Below are positions 18,798 to 30,000 of a DNA stretch of 64,000 nt, in pieces (positions within the stretch are counted from its first letter, which is position 1; every line of letters begins with the position of its first letter). A program made the position numbers and the translations under genes. Source of the DNA: Spirochaetota bacterium (lineage in GTDB: Bacteria > Spirochaetota > UBA4802 > UBA5550). The notes under the pieces were generated by a model. It saw nothing but the letters and a program-made list of their open reading frames with translations, was not told where the DNA came from and did not search any database. The stretch covers positions 128,001-192,000 of the forward strand of contig CAXXHB010000003.1 in assembly GCA_963664815.2 (NCBI GenBank), read 5' to 3'.

Positions 18798-21671
18798 ATG
18801 GTCAGGAAAAGTTTTAAGGATAAAACAGAAATAGAAAAAAAGGTAAAAACAGGTCAAAAGACCGGGGGAAAAATGGATAAATCTGTCGGCGGGGAGGACA
18901 TTCTTCAGATAAAGATAAAAAAAGAAATTGTAAGTGATAATAAAGTAAAAGAAGAAAAATTGAAAAAAGATCTTACTTCAGTTAACATGCTTGATCTGTT
19001 CTGTCTGCACAATAGCAAAGGGAAATATATTTATGTATCTCCACTGGTCAAAGAATTCCTTGGCTACGAATCTGCTGAACTTGTTGGAAAGTCACCACTT
19101 GAGTTTATTCATCCGGAAGATATAAAAAATTTTAAGGAGAACTCATATTATCCTCCTGCAGGTGGTAGTGGTGAAAACCGAATTCAATATAGAATACGTA
19201 AATCTGACGGGTCATATATCTGGGTAGAAACGCTTATAAAGCCTGTAAAGGATGCCGGAGGGAAGATATTTCAGCTTCAGACTTCATCAAGAGATATTTC
19301 TGAAAGGAAAATATCTGAAGATAAGATTATTGAAAGTGAATTGATGTACAGGACTCATTATAAATATCTCCCATTGCCGGCATATACATGGATAAAATCC
19401 GGTGATGAATTTATTTTTACAGGTTTTAATGACGCTGCACTGAATATCTCAAAAGGAAAATTATCATCTTATCTGGGAAAAACTGCGTCAGAAGTTTTTA
19501 ACAAAGAACCACATGTCCTGGAAAAAGTCAAACGTTGTTACGATGAAAAAAACATGATAACAGATGAAGAGTCATATTCTTCAGATAAAGGAGGTAAGAA
19601 AAAATATTATATAAGCAGTTATATTTTTATACCCCCCTCAATGGTTGTGATACATACAGATGATATAACTGAAAAAAAAATGTGGGAAGAGGAAATTCGA
19701 AATCTTGCGAAATTTCCGGAAGACAATCCAAATCCGGTTTTCAGGGTGACAGCAGATAATGTGATTATTTATTCAAATACAGCAAGCAGGTGGCTTATGG
19801 ATAACTGGGAATGTGATGCAGCAGGTAAAGTCCCGATGTTTGTTGCCAATGCTGTGGAATCAGTTTTAAAACTTGATCAGACGCTGACAATGGAAATTTC
19901 TCTTAACGGAAGAGTTTTTAATTTCACGGTATCGCCGGTTTCAGAAGTGAACGAGGTTTACTTCTATGGGCTTGATATTACAGATAAAAAAATGGCAGAA
20001 GAGGAGCTTCTTCTTATAGGGCGTGTATTTGAAACTACAACTGAAGGAATTGTTGTAACTGATGCGCAGAATAATATAATAAGAGTAAATCCTGCATTCA
20101 CAGATATTACAGGATATTCCGTGAGTGAAGTAATCGGCAAAAATCCGAAAATACTTAAATCGGAGAGGCATGATAGTTCTTTTTATAATACTATGTGGAG
20201 TTCTTTAGCAGATAAAGGAGTGTGGGAGGGGGAGATATGGAACAGAAGGAAAAGCGGAGAGACTTATCCCGAATGGCTTTCAATCAATGTAATAAAAGAT
20301 GAACTTAACAGGGTAAAGAATTATGTGTCGGTTTTCAGGGATATCTCTGATATAAAAAGTACAGAGGAAAAAATTGAATACCAGGCATATCATGATCCTC
20401 TTACCGGTCTTCCTAACAGGTCACTGTTTTCAGACCGTTTATCTCTTGCATTAAACCAGGCGATGAGAAACCACAATCAGATGGCGCTTCTCTATATCGA
20501 CCTTGACAGGTTTAAAATTATAAATGACAGCCTGGGACATATAACAGGTGATTATCTCCTTCAGCACGTTGCACAGAGACTCAATGAATGTGTCAGGGAT
20601 GGAGATACTGTCGCGCGGGTAGGGGGCGACGAGTTTGTAATAATACTTCCTTACATTGACGAGATAAATGAAGTGGTGAGGGTCTGCGGACGTATAAATG
20701 AAAAGTTTGAAAAACCGGTAAAAATTGATGAGCATGAACTGTTTATCTCGGCAAGCATAGGAATCAGTATATATCCTGATGATGGTGAAACGGTTGCAGA
20801 GCTGCATAAAAATGCTGATATGGCGATGTATCATGCCAAGTCGCTTGGTGGTGGTGAGTACCAGTTTTTCTCGATAGAGATGAATAGTGAAGTTGATGTA
20901 CGTCTCATGCTTGAGATGCAGCTCAGGAAAGCAATTGAACAGGATCAGTTCGAAATGTTCTTTCAGCCGATTGTTGACAGCAGAACCGGCCTTGCAGCAG
21001 GTGCTGAGGTTCTATCCAGATGGATTCATCCGGATCTTGGTATAATCCCCCCTTCAACCTTTATACCGGTTGCCGAAGAAACCGGGTTTATTGTACAGAT
21101 AAATGATCTGATATTGAAAAAATCATGTATCAAATGCAGGGAGATGATAGATGCGGGATATTCTTCGATGTATTTATCGGTAAATATAACATCACACCAG
21201 TTTATAAACCGGAGGATACTGGAATCGGTATCTTCAGCGCTTGAGGAATCAAAGATCCCTCCGGAAAATCTGATTATTGAAATAACAGAAGACAGTATCA
21301 TGCAGAATGTCCAGGATATAAATACAATAATGAAGGAACTGCGGGTAAAGGGTATAAGATTTTCCATAGATGATTTTGGTACAGGTTATTCATCTCTCAG
21401 TTATTTAAAAAAATTTCCTCTTGATAATCTGAAGATAGACCGTTCTTTTATAAATGATATTCCGGATGACAATGACAGTAAAATTCTTGCGAAGACAATA
21501 ATAGTGATGGCAAAAGAACTTGGATTAAAGGTTGTTGTGGAAGGTGTTGAGAGGAAGGAACAGCTCGATTTTTTTACTCAGAATGGGGAATACCTTATAC
21601 AGGGTTTTTATTACAGCAGACCTTTAAGATTTAAAGAATGGCTGGAGTTTCTGGGAAACTCCCGGAAATAA
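18798..21671 (+). CDS. Multi-PAS GGDEF-EAL protein (c-di-GMP cyclase/phosphodiesterase)
   Basis: PAS/PAC motifs (IHPED, DGSYIW, WEGEIWNRRKSGE), HDPLTGLPNR, GGDEF, EVL, EITE, DDFGTGYSSL, KIDRSF, EGVE, QG. Confidence 0.95.
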   Translation: MVRKSFKDKTEIEKKVKTGQKTGGKMDKSVGGEDILQIKIKKEIVSDNKVKEEKLKKDLTSVNMLDLFCLHNSKGKYIYVSPLVKEFLGYESAELVGKSPLEFIHPEDIKNFKENSYYPPAGGSGENRIQYRIRKSDGSYIWVETLIKPVKDAGGKIFQLQTSSRDISERKISEDKIIESELMYRTHYKYLPLPAYTWIKSGDEFIFTGFNDAALNISKGKLSSYLGKTASEVFNKEPHVLEKVKRCYDEKNMITDEESYSSDKGGKKKYYISSYIFIPPSMVVIHTDDITEKKMWEEEIRNLAKFPEDNPNPVFRVTADNVIIYSNTASRWLMDNWECDAAGKVPMFVANAVESVLKLDQTLTMEISLNGRVFNFTVSPVSEVNEVYFYGLDITDKKMAEEELLLIGRVFETTTEGIVVTDAQNNIIRVNPAFTDITGYSVSEVIGKNPKILKSERHDSSFYNTMWSSLADKGVWEGEIWNRRKSGETYPEWLSINVIKDELNRVKNYVSVFRDISDIKSTEEKIEYQAYHDPLTGLPNRSLFSDRLSLALNQAMRNHNQMALLYIDLDRFKIINDSLGHITGDYLLQHVAQRLNECVRDGDTVARVGGDEFVIILPYIDEINEVVRVCGRINEKFEKPVKIDEHELFISASIGISIYPDDGETVAELHKNADMAMYHAKSLGGGEYQFFSIEMNSEVDVRLMLEMQLRKAIEQDQFEMFFQPIVDSRTGLAAGAEVLSRWIHPDLGIIPPSTFIPVAEETGFIVQINDLILKKSCIKCREMIDAGYSSMYLSVNITSHQFINRRILESVSSALEESKIPPENLIIEITEDSIMQNVQDINTIMKELRVKGIRFSIDDFGTGYSSLSYLKKFPLDNLKIDRSFINDIPDDNDSKILAKTIIVMAKELGLKVVVEGVERKEQLDFFTQNGEYLIQGFYYSRPLRFKEWLEFLGNSRK

Positions 21672-21743
21672 ACTCAATTCAGGAAAGATGTAAAAATCAG
21701 TTGTTTTTTTATTTGAGAAAAGTAATATTTCCACGGTGATTAT

Positions 21744-22277
21744 ATGAAAAACTTTGTTATAATACTTATACTGATAACTGGATGTTCGACTAATAAAATT
21801 ATTCATGAAATTCCTCTTAAACCAGTTATTGAGCATGAAATAAAAATTTCCGGTTTCTGGCTGGATGAAGAGACCGGTACTGTACATAAAATTATTATTG
21901 AAAATGGAAAGGAAAAAGTAGTCTCAGTCATAAAATATAAAGATGGAAAATCTCTCGAAGTAATGAAAATTATAAGTTCACAGAACACAGATGGAAAGCT
22001 TCACTGGATATATTTTGTCCCTTCAACAAAATATATTGTCGAACTTACAACTTCGGAGATCAGTGATAATAAAGTAAATGTGGAATGGAAAAACAGAAGC
22101 GGAGAAGATGAGGAGGAGTCCGGGAGTGAAATTCTCTTCAGGTGCAGTGAAATTGGCATTTCTTCAGATAAAATGCAGGGAAAAATAACTGATACAAAAC
22201 ATCATGACAGATCAGTTAAAAAAGAAAAAGATGTTGATGAATATATTAATGAATCGGATCTTTCTGATTATTTATAA
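21744..22277 (+). CDS. Hypothetical lipoprotein
   Basis: Short signal MKNFVIILILITG-C; beta-rich body, acidic tail. Confidence 0.7.
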   Translation: MKNFVIILILITGCSTNKIIHEIPLKPVIEHEIKISGFWLDEETGTVHKIIIENGKEKVVSVIKYKDGKSLEVMKIISSQNTDGKLHWIYFVPSTKYIVELTTSEISDNKVNVEWKNRSGEDEEESGSEILFRCSEIGISSDKMQGKITDTKHHDRSVKKEKDVDEYINESDLSDYL

Positions 22278-22521
22278 TTCTCAATTGGAATTCTCGTTTA
22301 GCCTCTTGAATTGCTTCTTGCAGCAGATCATGGTTAAATCTGATAAGAATCTATTTCCAATTATAAAACGGGTGTGGTGATTATTTACAAATACATTCAA
22401 TATTGATATAACTGATTTCCTGCATTAATCTGCTGCTTTTAATAAAAATTTTAATTACAGCATAAGATGCGGTGTTTTATCATCTTTTCTGCGATCTTTT
22501 CCATATAAATTATAATTTGGT

Positions 22522-22549
22522 TTGACATAGCCATACTCTGTTTTAAAAT
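22522..22549 (+). promoter_or_regulatory. Sigma70-type promoter TTGACA-N16-TAAAAT for HU
   Basis: TTGACA 22522-22527, TAAAAT 22544-22549. Confidence 0.65.
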
Positions 22550-22644
22550 TAATGAATGAAGAGTTCCATCTGCACTTATATAAAAGCTGACAGGTGAGAC
22601 ATTCACTGGAATACAATCAATCTGAAAAAGGGAAAGGAACTAAT

Positions 22645-23061
22645 ATGGCAAAAGCATCAACTCCCAAAGCGGCGCCGAAGGCTGCTGCAAAACCTGCTAC
22701 GAAAGCCGCAGCAGCTCCGAAAGACAAGAAGGTAGCTCTTCCGGAAAGCTTTACATTAAATTCAATGTCAAATTATCTTGCAGAGTCAAAGGGACTCTCA
22801 AAAAAGGAAGCGAAAGAGATTCTTGATGCGGTAATGGATCTTATCGAAGCAGGCGTCCTTCAGGGTGAGAGAGTTCCTCTTGGAAAAATAGGCAAGGTTT
22901 ATGCCAAGATAAAACCAGCAACAAAAGCAAGAAAAGGGAGAAATCCGATCACTGGAGAAGAAATTACAATCGCTGCAAAAAAAGCTACAAAAGTTCCCAA
23001 GTTTACTTTCAGCAAGGGATTTAAAGAAGAAGTGTTAAAAGCAAAAATAAAACAGAAATAG
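22645..23061 (+). CDS. hup: HU-family DNA-binding protein with Lys/Ala/Pro-rich N-terminal tail
   Basis: ARKGRNPITGEEITIAA, PKFTFSK; ATG 22645 after AAGGA. Confidence 0.9.
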   Translation: MAKASTPKAAPKAAAKPATKAAAAPKDKKVALPESFTLNSMSNYLAESKGLSKKEAKEILDAVMDLIEAGVLQGERVPLGKIGKVYAKIKPATKARKGRNPITGEEITIAAKKATKVPKFTFSKGFKEEVLKAKIKQK

Positions 23062-23065
23062 AACA

Positions 23066-23089
23066 AAGCCCGCCGCAAGGCGGGTTTTT
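23066..23089 (+). terminator. Rho-independent terminator after HU
   Basis: AAGCCCGCC-GCAA-GGCGGGTTTTT (GNRA loop). Confidence 0.9.
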
Positions 23090-23442
23090 AATTCATTTGT
23101 AATAATAAAGAACCTTTCCATATATAATAAAATATGGTACGATAAACTATGAAAAATAAATGCTTCAGAATGCTTTTAGTAGAAGTATTAAATGCCAGAA
23201 AATGGTATGATTAATTCAGGGGCCGGTATTGGCAAGTCCATTTCAGGCGCAATTTTCAGATGTTTCATCCTTAAATACACAATTTTTGATATTAATTCTG
23301 ATTATTGCTATGATGTGGTTATTACATCTTGACATATAACATCTGAAAATGTAGATTTTTTATGTGAAGACTGTTGCACGTCGGGTTTGTTGTATCTTTT
23401 AAGGGGATTGATTTTAATTAGCTATATTTATAGAAAATAATC

Positions 23443-23470
23443 TTGACATAAAATAGCCTGTTTCTATCAT
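23443..23470 (+). promoter_or_regulatory. Sigma70-type promoter TTGACA-N16-TATCAT for tRNA-Thr
   Basis: TTGACA 23443-23448, TATCAT 23465-23470. Confidence 0.7.
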
Positions 23471-23507
23471 TTCATCCTGTTTTTTCCTGAAAAATTATCA
23501 AAAATTT

Positions 23508-23580
23508 GCCCACGTAGCTCAGTCGGTAGAGCATTTGCATGGTAAGCAAAAGGTCACCAGTTCGATTCTGGTCGTGGGCT
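23508..23580 (+). tRNA. tRNA-Thr(GGT), CCA not encoded
   Basis: Cloverleaf: GCCCACG/CGTGGGC acceptor, GCTC/GAGC D-stem, TTTGC-ATGGTAA-GCAAA anticodon arm, ACCAG-TTCGATT-CTGGT T-arm. Confidence 0.97.
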
Positions 23581-23631
23581 ATTCCAATGCAGTCTTTTTA
23601 TTCCTTTTCAAAGGAAAAGCATTAAAAATGC

Positions 23632-23659
23632 TTGACTGAAAGAGGGCAGATATTAGTTT
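23632..23659 (+). promoter_or_regulatory. Putative promoter TTGACT-N16-TAGTTT for rpmG-secE-nusG
   Basis: TTGACT 23632-23637, TAGTTT 23654-23659. Confidence 0.5.
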
Positions 23660-23696
23660 GCTCTTGGTTTACTATATATAAGTGTGGGGTATTTAT

Positions 23697-23849
23697 ATGC
23701 GAGACGTGGTATTGCTGACCTGTCAGGAATGTAAAAGGAAAAACTATTCATTTACAAAAAACAAAAAAACACAAACAGGCAAGCTTGAGATAAAAAAATA
23801 TTGTAAATTTGACAAAAAACATACTGTTCACAAAGAATCTAAGGCTTAA
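23697..23849 (+). CDS. rpmG: 50S ribosomal protein bL33 (not in ORF track)
   Basis: Manual translation MRDVVLLTCQECKRKNYSFTKNKKTQTGKLEIKKYCKFDKKHTVHKESKA. Confidence 0.97.
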   Translation: MRDVVLLTCQECKRKNYSFTKNKKTQTGKLEIKKYCKFDKKHTVHKESKA

Positions 23850-23861
23850 GAGTTACCCCAA

Positions 23862-24056
23862 TTGATATCTAAAATAAAACAATTAATCAGCTTTTGTAAG
23901 GATTCCCGGGAAGAGTTGAAAAAAGTCACCTGGCCTGACAGAGAAGAGGTTACAAGTTTTACGGTTGTCGTGGTTATTGCCTTGATTATATTTTCGATTT
24001 TTTTATGGTTCGTCGACACCGGGCTTATGGCTTTGATTAAGGTCGTGATGAAATAG
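23862..24056 (+). CDS. secE: Preprotein translocase SecE
   Basis: EELKKVTWP motif plus single TM; between rpmG and nusG. Confidence 0.95.
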   Translation: MISKIKQLISFCKDSREELKKVTWPDREEVTSFTVVVVIALIIFSIFLWFVDTGLMALIKVVMK

Positions 24057-24058
24057 TT

Positions 24059-24604
24059 ATGGCAAAAAGATGGTATATAATTCATACTTATTCAGGGCAC
24101 GAAAACAAGGTTAAAGCTGCGCTTGAAATAAAAGTAAAAAATCTGGGTCTTGAAGAAGAGATCAGTGATGTCAAGATTCCTACTGTTGAGGTTCTTGAAG
24201 TTAAAGACGGCAAAAAGAAGGTAAAGTCTAAAAAAGTTTTTCCCGGTTATGTTCTTGTAAGAATGGAACTTAATGATAATACATGGAGTGTTGTCAAGGG
24301 GGTTCCGGGAGTGACAAATTTTGTCGGTGCATTTGGTACTAATAAACCGAAACCTTTGAGTGATAGTGAAGTTGCTTCATTGTTTGATTCACTGAGCGGA
24401 GAGCAGAAGACAGGTGAAAAGACGTCAATTACAGTTGATTTTTCAATTGGCGAGCATGTAAAAGTTATAGATGGTCCTTTTAATAATTTTACAGGTGTAG
24501 TAGAAGAAGTATATCCTGAGAAGGGACGGCTAAAAGTTAAGGTTGAAATTTTCGGCAGGGGAACTCCGGTTGATCTTGATTTTCTCCAGGTTGGAAAGAT
24601 ATAA
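24059..24604 (+). CDS. nusG: Transcription factor NusG
   Basis: WYIIHTYSGHE, FPGYVLV, KOW VIDGPF, IFGRGTPV. Confidence 0.98.
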   Translation: MAKRWYIIHTYSGHENKVKAALEIKVKNLGLEEEISDVKIPTVEVLEVKDGKKKVKSKKVFPGYVLVRMELNDNTWSVVKGVPGVTNFVGAFGTNKPKPLSDSEVASLFDSLSGEQKTGEKTSITVDFSIGEHVKVIDGPFNNFTGVVEEVYPEKGRLKVKVEIFGRGTPVDLDFLQVGKI

Positions 24605-24644
24605 ATACGTAATATAAACTGAATGATCGTAATAGGATAAAAAA

Positions 24645-25085
24645 ATGGCACCAAAACCTAAAAAGAAGAAGATAGTTAAACTTATTAAACTGCAGATAAC
24701 AGGCGGCCAGGCTAATCCGGCTCCTCCGGTTGGACCTGCTCTTGGTCAGGCTGGCGTTAATATAATGGATTTCTGCAAAAACTTTAACGAACGTACAAAA
24801 GACCAGATGGGTACAATTATACCTGTTGTAATTACTGTTTATGAAGATAAATCGTATACATTTATTACAAAGACTCCTCCCGCTTCTGTTCTTGTCAGAA
24901 AAGCTCTGGGTTTAGCTAAAGGTTCAAGTGAGCCTAATAAAACCAAGGTTGGAAAGATTACAAGAAAGCAGCTTGAAGAAATCGCAAAGATAAAAATGCC
25001 TGATTTGAATGCTAATGATATAAAAGCTGGCGCGAATATTATTGCTGGAACTGCAAGATCAATGGGAATTGATGTTGTTGACTGA
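24645..25085 (+). CDS. rplK: 50S ribosomal protein uL11
   Basis: [20 protein letters not shown]. Confidence 0.99.
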   Translation: MAPKPKKKKIVKLIKLQITGGQANPAPPVGPALGQAGVNIMDFCKNFNERTKDQMGTIIPVVITVYEDKSYTFITKTPPASVLVRKALGLAKGSSEPNKTKVGKITRKQLEEIAKIKMPDLNANDIKAGANIIAGTARSMGIDVVD

Positions 25086-25117
25086 CAAAGTCGGCAAAGT
25101 GAAAAGAGGTTAATGAG

Positions 25118-25801
25118 ATGAAAAGAGGAAAAACAATAACCGCCGCAAGGAGTAAGGTTGATAAAACTAACCTTTATGGCCTTGAAGAGGCTGTAAAGCT
25201 TATGAAAGAGCTTAAATGGGCGAAGTTTGACGAATCGATTGATATGTCAATAAAGATTGTTCATAAAAGTATGCAGAATATAAGGGGTTCGGCAATCCTG
25301 CCAGCCGGCACAGGAAAAACAAAAAAAGTTCTTGTTATCTGTAAAGGAGATAAACAAAAGGAAGCTCTGGATGCAGGAGCTGATTTTGTCGGAGCTGAAG
25401 ATGTAATAGAAAAAATCAAAGAGGGCTGGATTGATTTTCAGGCTGTTGTGGCGACTCCCGATATGATGAAAGAGGTTGGTAAACTCGGAGCAGTACTAGG
25501 ACGTAAAGGTCTTATGCCTAAACCCAAATCAGGCACTGTAACTGATAATGTAAAAGAGATAATTAAAGAGCTCAAGGGCGGGCGAATAGAATATCGTGCT
25601 GATAAAACAGGTGTAGTTCACCTGCTGATTGGCAGAGTTTCTTTTGCTGATGAATCCATCATCGATAACATTAAATCTTTTTATGTTCAGCTTATGAAGG
25701 ATAAACCATCTGATGCTAAAGGTAATTATATCAAGTCAGTACATATCAGTTCGACAATGGGGCCTGGTATAAAAATTAATCATAAGGGGATAGAGCGATA
25801 A
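25118..25801 (+). CDS. rplA: 50S ribosomal protein uL1
   Basis: [31 protein letters not shown]. Confidence 0.98.
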   Translation: MKRGKTITAARSKVDKTNLYGLEEAVKLMKELKWAKFDESIDMSIKIVHKSMQNIRGSAILPAGTGKTKKVLVICKGDKQKEALDAGADFVGAEDVIEKIKEGWIDFQAVVATPDMMKEVGKLGAVLGRKGLMPKPKSGTVTDNVKEIIKELKGGRIEYRADKTGVVHLLIGRVSFADESIIDNIKSFYVQLMKDKPSDAKGNYIKSVHISSTMGPGIKINHKGIER

Positions 25802-26319
25802 TGGTTAAGCAATATAAAGTTGACGAAGTAAGCGAACTTATAGCAAGATTAAAAGAAAGGAATAATTTTATTCTTACAGATTATTCCGGAGTTAAAGTTA
25901 ATGATATAGCTATCCTCAGAAGGCAGCTCGCTGAGAAAAATGCTCAGTATAAAGTAGTAAAAAATAATCTTTTCAGAAAAGCACTTCAGGAGACAGGTTA
26001 TAGCAACATAGATGAGCATCTTAAAGGGCCAATCGGTGTTGCCTTTGCAGGGGAACAGGTTGGAGAAGTTGCAAAAGTTCTAAAAGAGTTTGCTGAAAAA
26101 AATGAAAAGTTTTCATATGTTGCAGGAGTTCTTGAAAATGTAGTTTACGGAAAAGAACAAATTAAAAAAATAGCTGATCTTCCATCAAAAGAAGTTCTTC
26201 TTTCTCAGACAATGTCTATGATCAATGCTCCTGCAAGATATATAGCAACGGGTATGAATCAGGTTATGGCATCTCTTGCAAGAGGTATAAAGGCTGTTGC
26301 TGAAGCGAAAAGTAATTAA
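25801..26319 (+). CDS. rplJ: 50S ribosomal protein uL10
   Basis: VVKNNL, LKGP, LPSKE; synteny. Confidence 0.97.
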   Translation: MVKQYKVDEVSELIARLKERNNFILTDYSGVKVNDIAILRRQLAEKNAQYKVVKNNLFRKALQETGYSNIDEHLKGPIGVAFAGEQVGEVAKVLKEFAEKNEKFSYVAGVLENVVYGKEQIKKIADLPSKEVLLSQTMSMINAPARYIATGMNQVMASLARGIKAVAEAKSN

Positions 26320-26470
26320 CTTTCGTTAATTATAATATATAAGGTGTTTAGGTTTCTGTTCCAGATATTACGTTTAGGCGTTTCCGGATCAATGCCTGAC
26401 CCCTTTATAGGTTTTACGGCTGAAGTCCGTATTAACTTGAAGTAATTCACTAAGTATAAAGGAGTAGAAT

Positions 26471-26845
26471 ATGGCAAAATTAACAATCGAAGAATTGTTG
26501 GATGCAATTGGCAGTCTTACATTAGTTGAGGCCGCTGAGCTTGTAAAAGCAATGGAAGACAAATTTGGTATCTCTGCTGCAGCTCCTGTAGCTGTTGCTG
26601 CTGGTCCTGCTGCAGTTGAGGCTGTCGAGGAGCAGACTGAATTTGATGTAATTCTGACAGGATTTGGCGATGCCAAAGTTGGAGTTATAAAAGAAGTAAG
26701 AGCAATTACAGGTTTAGGCCTGAAAGAAGCGAAAGAGCTTGTTGAAGCTGGCGGAAAAACAGTAAAAGAAAAAGTTTCTAAAGCTGAAGCTGAAGCTATC
26801 AAGAAACAACTTGTTGATGCCGGCGCAACTGTTGATATCAAATAA
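26471..26845 (+). CDS. rplL: 50S ribosomal protein bL12
   Basis: [22 protein letters not shown]. Confidence 0.99.
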   Translation: MAKLTIEELLDAIGSLTLVEAAELVKAMEDKFGISAAAPVAVAAGPAAVEAVEEQTEFDVILTGFGDAKVGVIKEVRAITGLGLKEAKELVEAGGKTVKEKVSKAEAEAIKKQLVDAGATVDIK

Positions 26846-26904
26846 TTTATTTTAATAGGTTATATTGAATTACAGTAATTTTTTCTTCAGTTTGAATTTA
26901 ATTT

Positions 26905-26940
26905 TTGATAGGTTTGATCTATTGTGGTCAAACCTATCGA
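26905..26940 (+). terminator. Long hairpin between rplL and rpoB (attenuator or processing site)
   Basis: 15-bp stem TTGATAGGTTTGATC/GGTCAAACCTATCGA with 2 GU pairs; weak U-tract. Confidence 0.6.
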
Positions 26941-27072
26941 TGTTAAAAAACTTGTTTTATACTCTTGATTCTGGTAATATATGTTTAATATAATTTTACT
27001 GGTTCCACGTTTATTTCATTTTCAAGAAATGTTATTATCCTTAAATAAAAATAAAGGTTAAGGTTTATATAG

Positions 27073-30000
27073 ATGCAAGAATTAAAGAAAGTTGTCAATT
27101 TCGGTAAGATTAAATCTAAAATTGACCTTCCGAATCTAATTGAAATCCAGTTAACATCATATGAATGGTTCCTTCAGACAAAAACTGCGAAGAAAAAGCC
27201 TCAGGGTCTTCAGGCTGTTTTTGATGAAATATTTCCTATTGAAAGTCCTCATGATGATGTTGTACTTGAATTTGTAAATTATGAAATAGGCGAGCCAAAA
27301 TATTCCGAGTATGAGTGCAAGGAGAGAGATGTGACTTATGCAGCTCCTCTAAAGGCGACAATAAGGCTCATAAGAAAAGATAGTATGGAAGTCAGAGAGC
27401 AGTTTGTGTATATGGGAGATATTCCTCTCATGACAGAGCGCGGTACTTTTATAATAAATGGAGCTGAAAGGGTTGTTGTAAATCAGCTTCATAGATCACC
27501 CGGTATCTTCTTTTTCTATGAAGAGGATGAAAGGGTTTATAATTCAAGAGTGATCCCGGACAGAGGTTCGTGGCTTGAATTTGAAATGGATAATAAAGGT
27601 TATATTGTAGGCAGGATTGACCGGAAGAAAAAGTTTCCGGTCACTTTACTGATTAAATCTCTTGGATTTGAGACAAATGAAGAGATTGTTAAACTTTTCT
27701 ACGATGTAACTAAAATGAAGCTCAAAAGTGAAGAGGATTATGAATCTTTAAACGGCAGACGCGTTGCCTCCGATGTAATCAGTAAAGCAACCGGAGAGGT
27801 AATTATTGAGGCTGCAGAAAGAATAAATATAGATATTATTGACCGGCTTAAAGAGGAAAAGGTTTCAGATATAGAACTGATCGAGTTTCCGAATAAAAAA
27901 GAAGATGCTTATCTCAGTACAACCTTCCAGGTTGAGCCTGAGTTTATAAAAAAGAATATCAGGGTTGATGAAGGGCATGATTATAAAAACTCCGAACTGG
28001 CTCTTCTGGGACTTCATGCTGTTATGCGTCCTGGTGAACCGACAAATCTTGATAATGCAAAAGCTGAGCTTGAAAGACTGTTTTTTAATCCGAGAACATA
28101 TAGTTTAAGTTCTGTTGGAAGATATAAGATAAACAGCAAGTTCGGATTTGACGAAGATGGTGAAATACTGACAAAGGAAGATATAATTCATACTGTTAAA
28201 TATATTCTTTATCTTATAGCTGAAGCAGAAGGATATGAATTTGAACATGTTGGAAAAGGTGGTAAAAAAGAGAAGAAATACGTTTACACCATAGTCGATG
28301 ATATTGATCACCTGGGAAACAGAAGGGTAAGATCTGTCGGCGAACTTATCATGAATCAGATAAAAGTTGGTTTCCAGCGAATGGAAAGGGTTATAAAAGA
28401 AAGGATGACTATACAGGATCTGGATGTAATAACACCCCAGGCCCTTATCAGTATAAAACCAATTACAGCGGTAATAAATGAATTTTTCGGTTCAAGCCAG
28501 TTGTCACAGTTTATGGATCAGACTAATCCTCTGGCAGAATTGACTCATAAGAGAAGACTTAATGCTCTCGGGCCAGGAGGTCTTTCCAGAGAGAGAGCCG
28601 GTTTTGAAGTACGGGATGTCCATCCGTCGCATTATGGAAGGATGTGCCCAATTGAAACTCCTGAAGGTCCGAACATCGGACTTATCGTTTCCCTGAGTAC
28701 ATACGGACGTATTAATGACTACGGTTTTCTTGAAACTCCGTACAGATATGTAGAAGGTGGACGTGTAACAGATAGAATAGAATACCTTACGGCAAATATT
28801 GAAGACAACTACTCCATAGCTCAGGCTAATGCCGAGCTTGATGATAATGGAAATTTTATTAAAGGACTTATCCCCTGTAGAAACAGGGGGAATTTCCCGT
28901 ATAAAAAACCAAAAGAGATTCAGTATATGGACGTTTCACCGGAACAGATTTTTTCTGTATCTACCGGATTGATTCCTTTTCTGGAACATGATGATGCCAA
29001 CAGGGCTCTTATGGGATCAAATATGCAGCGGCAGGCAGTTCCTCTTCTTACAGAAGAAGCACCGCTTGTAGGTACAGGTATGGAGGCAGCTGCGGCTTAC
29101 GATTCAGGTGTTCTGATTATTGCAAAAAGGGGTGGTGAAGTAATATTTGCCGATGGAGCAAAAGTAAAAGTTAAAACTTCCAGCGGTGAAGTTGATGAAT
29201 ACAAGCTCCAGAAATTTAAAAGAACAAATCAGAGCACATGTTTCAATCAGAAACCGATAGTTCGTGAAGGGCAAAAGATAAAAACCGGTGATATAATAGC
29301 CGATGGCCCCGCTACTGATAACGGGAGAGTGGCTCTCGGGAAAAATATCCTTGTGGCATTTATGCCGTGGATGGGATATAATTTTGAGGATGCGATTCTT
29401 CTTTCTGAACGTCTTGTAAAAGAGGATGTCTATACATCAGTTCATATTGAACAGTTCGAGATGGAAGCGCGTGAAACAAAACTGGGCCGGGAAGTGATAA
29501 CAAGGGATATACCAAATCTTAATGATAAGGCATTCAGGGATCTTGATGCGGATGGAATTATAAGAGTTGGTGCTTATGTTAAGTCTGATGACATTCTTGT
29601 AGGAAAGGTAACGCCAAAGGGTGAACAGGATTTGACACCGGAATATAAACTTCTCTATTCGATATTCGGAGAAAAGGCGCGGGAAGTAAGAGATACATCA
29701 TTAAGAGTTCCTAATGGTGTTGAGGGTATAGTTGTTGATGTTAAGAGATTTTCACGAGAAAACGGCGATGAACTTGCTCCCGGTGTTGAGGATCTTGTAA
29801 AAGTATATATAGCTGATAAAAGAAAAATTTCTGTTGGCGACAAAATGGCGGGGCGTCACGGGAACAAGGGCGTTATTTCTAAAATATCGCCTGAATATGA
29901 AATGCCCTTCCTGCCGGATGGAACTCCGGTTGATATAGTCCTTAATCCGCTGTCGGTCCCTTCGAGGATGAATCTCGGGCAGCTTCTTGAAACAGAGCTT

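Noticed and set aside
20990-21030. EVL instead of EAL as a sign of an inactive phosphodiesterase
   Set aside because: ExL variants are common and the other catalytic motifs (N, EITE, DDFGTG, K, EGVE, Q) are intact
23581-23586. ATTCCA after the tRNA as an encoded CCA end
   Set aside because: CCA is 3 nt past the discriminator, so it cannot be the mature end
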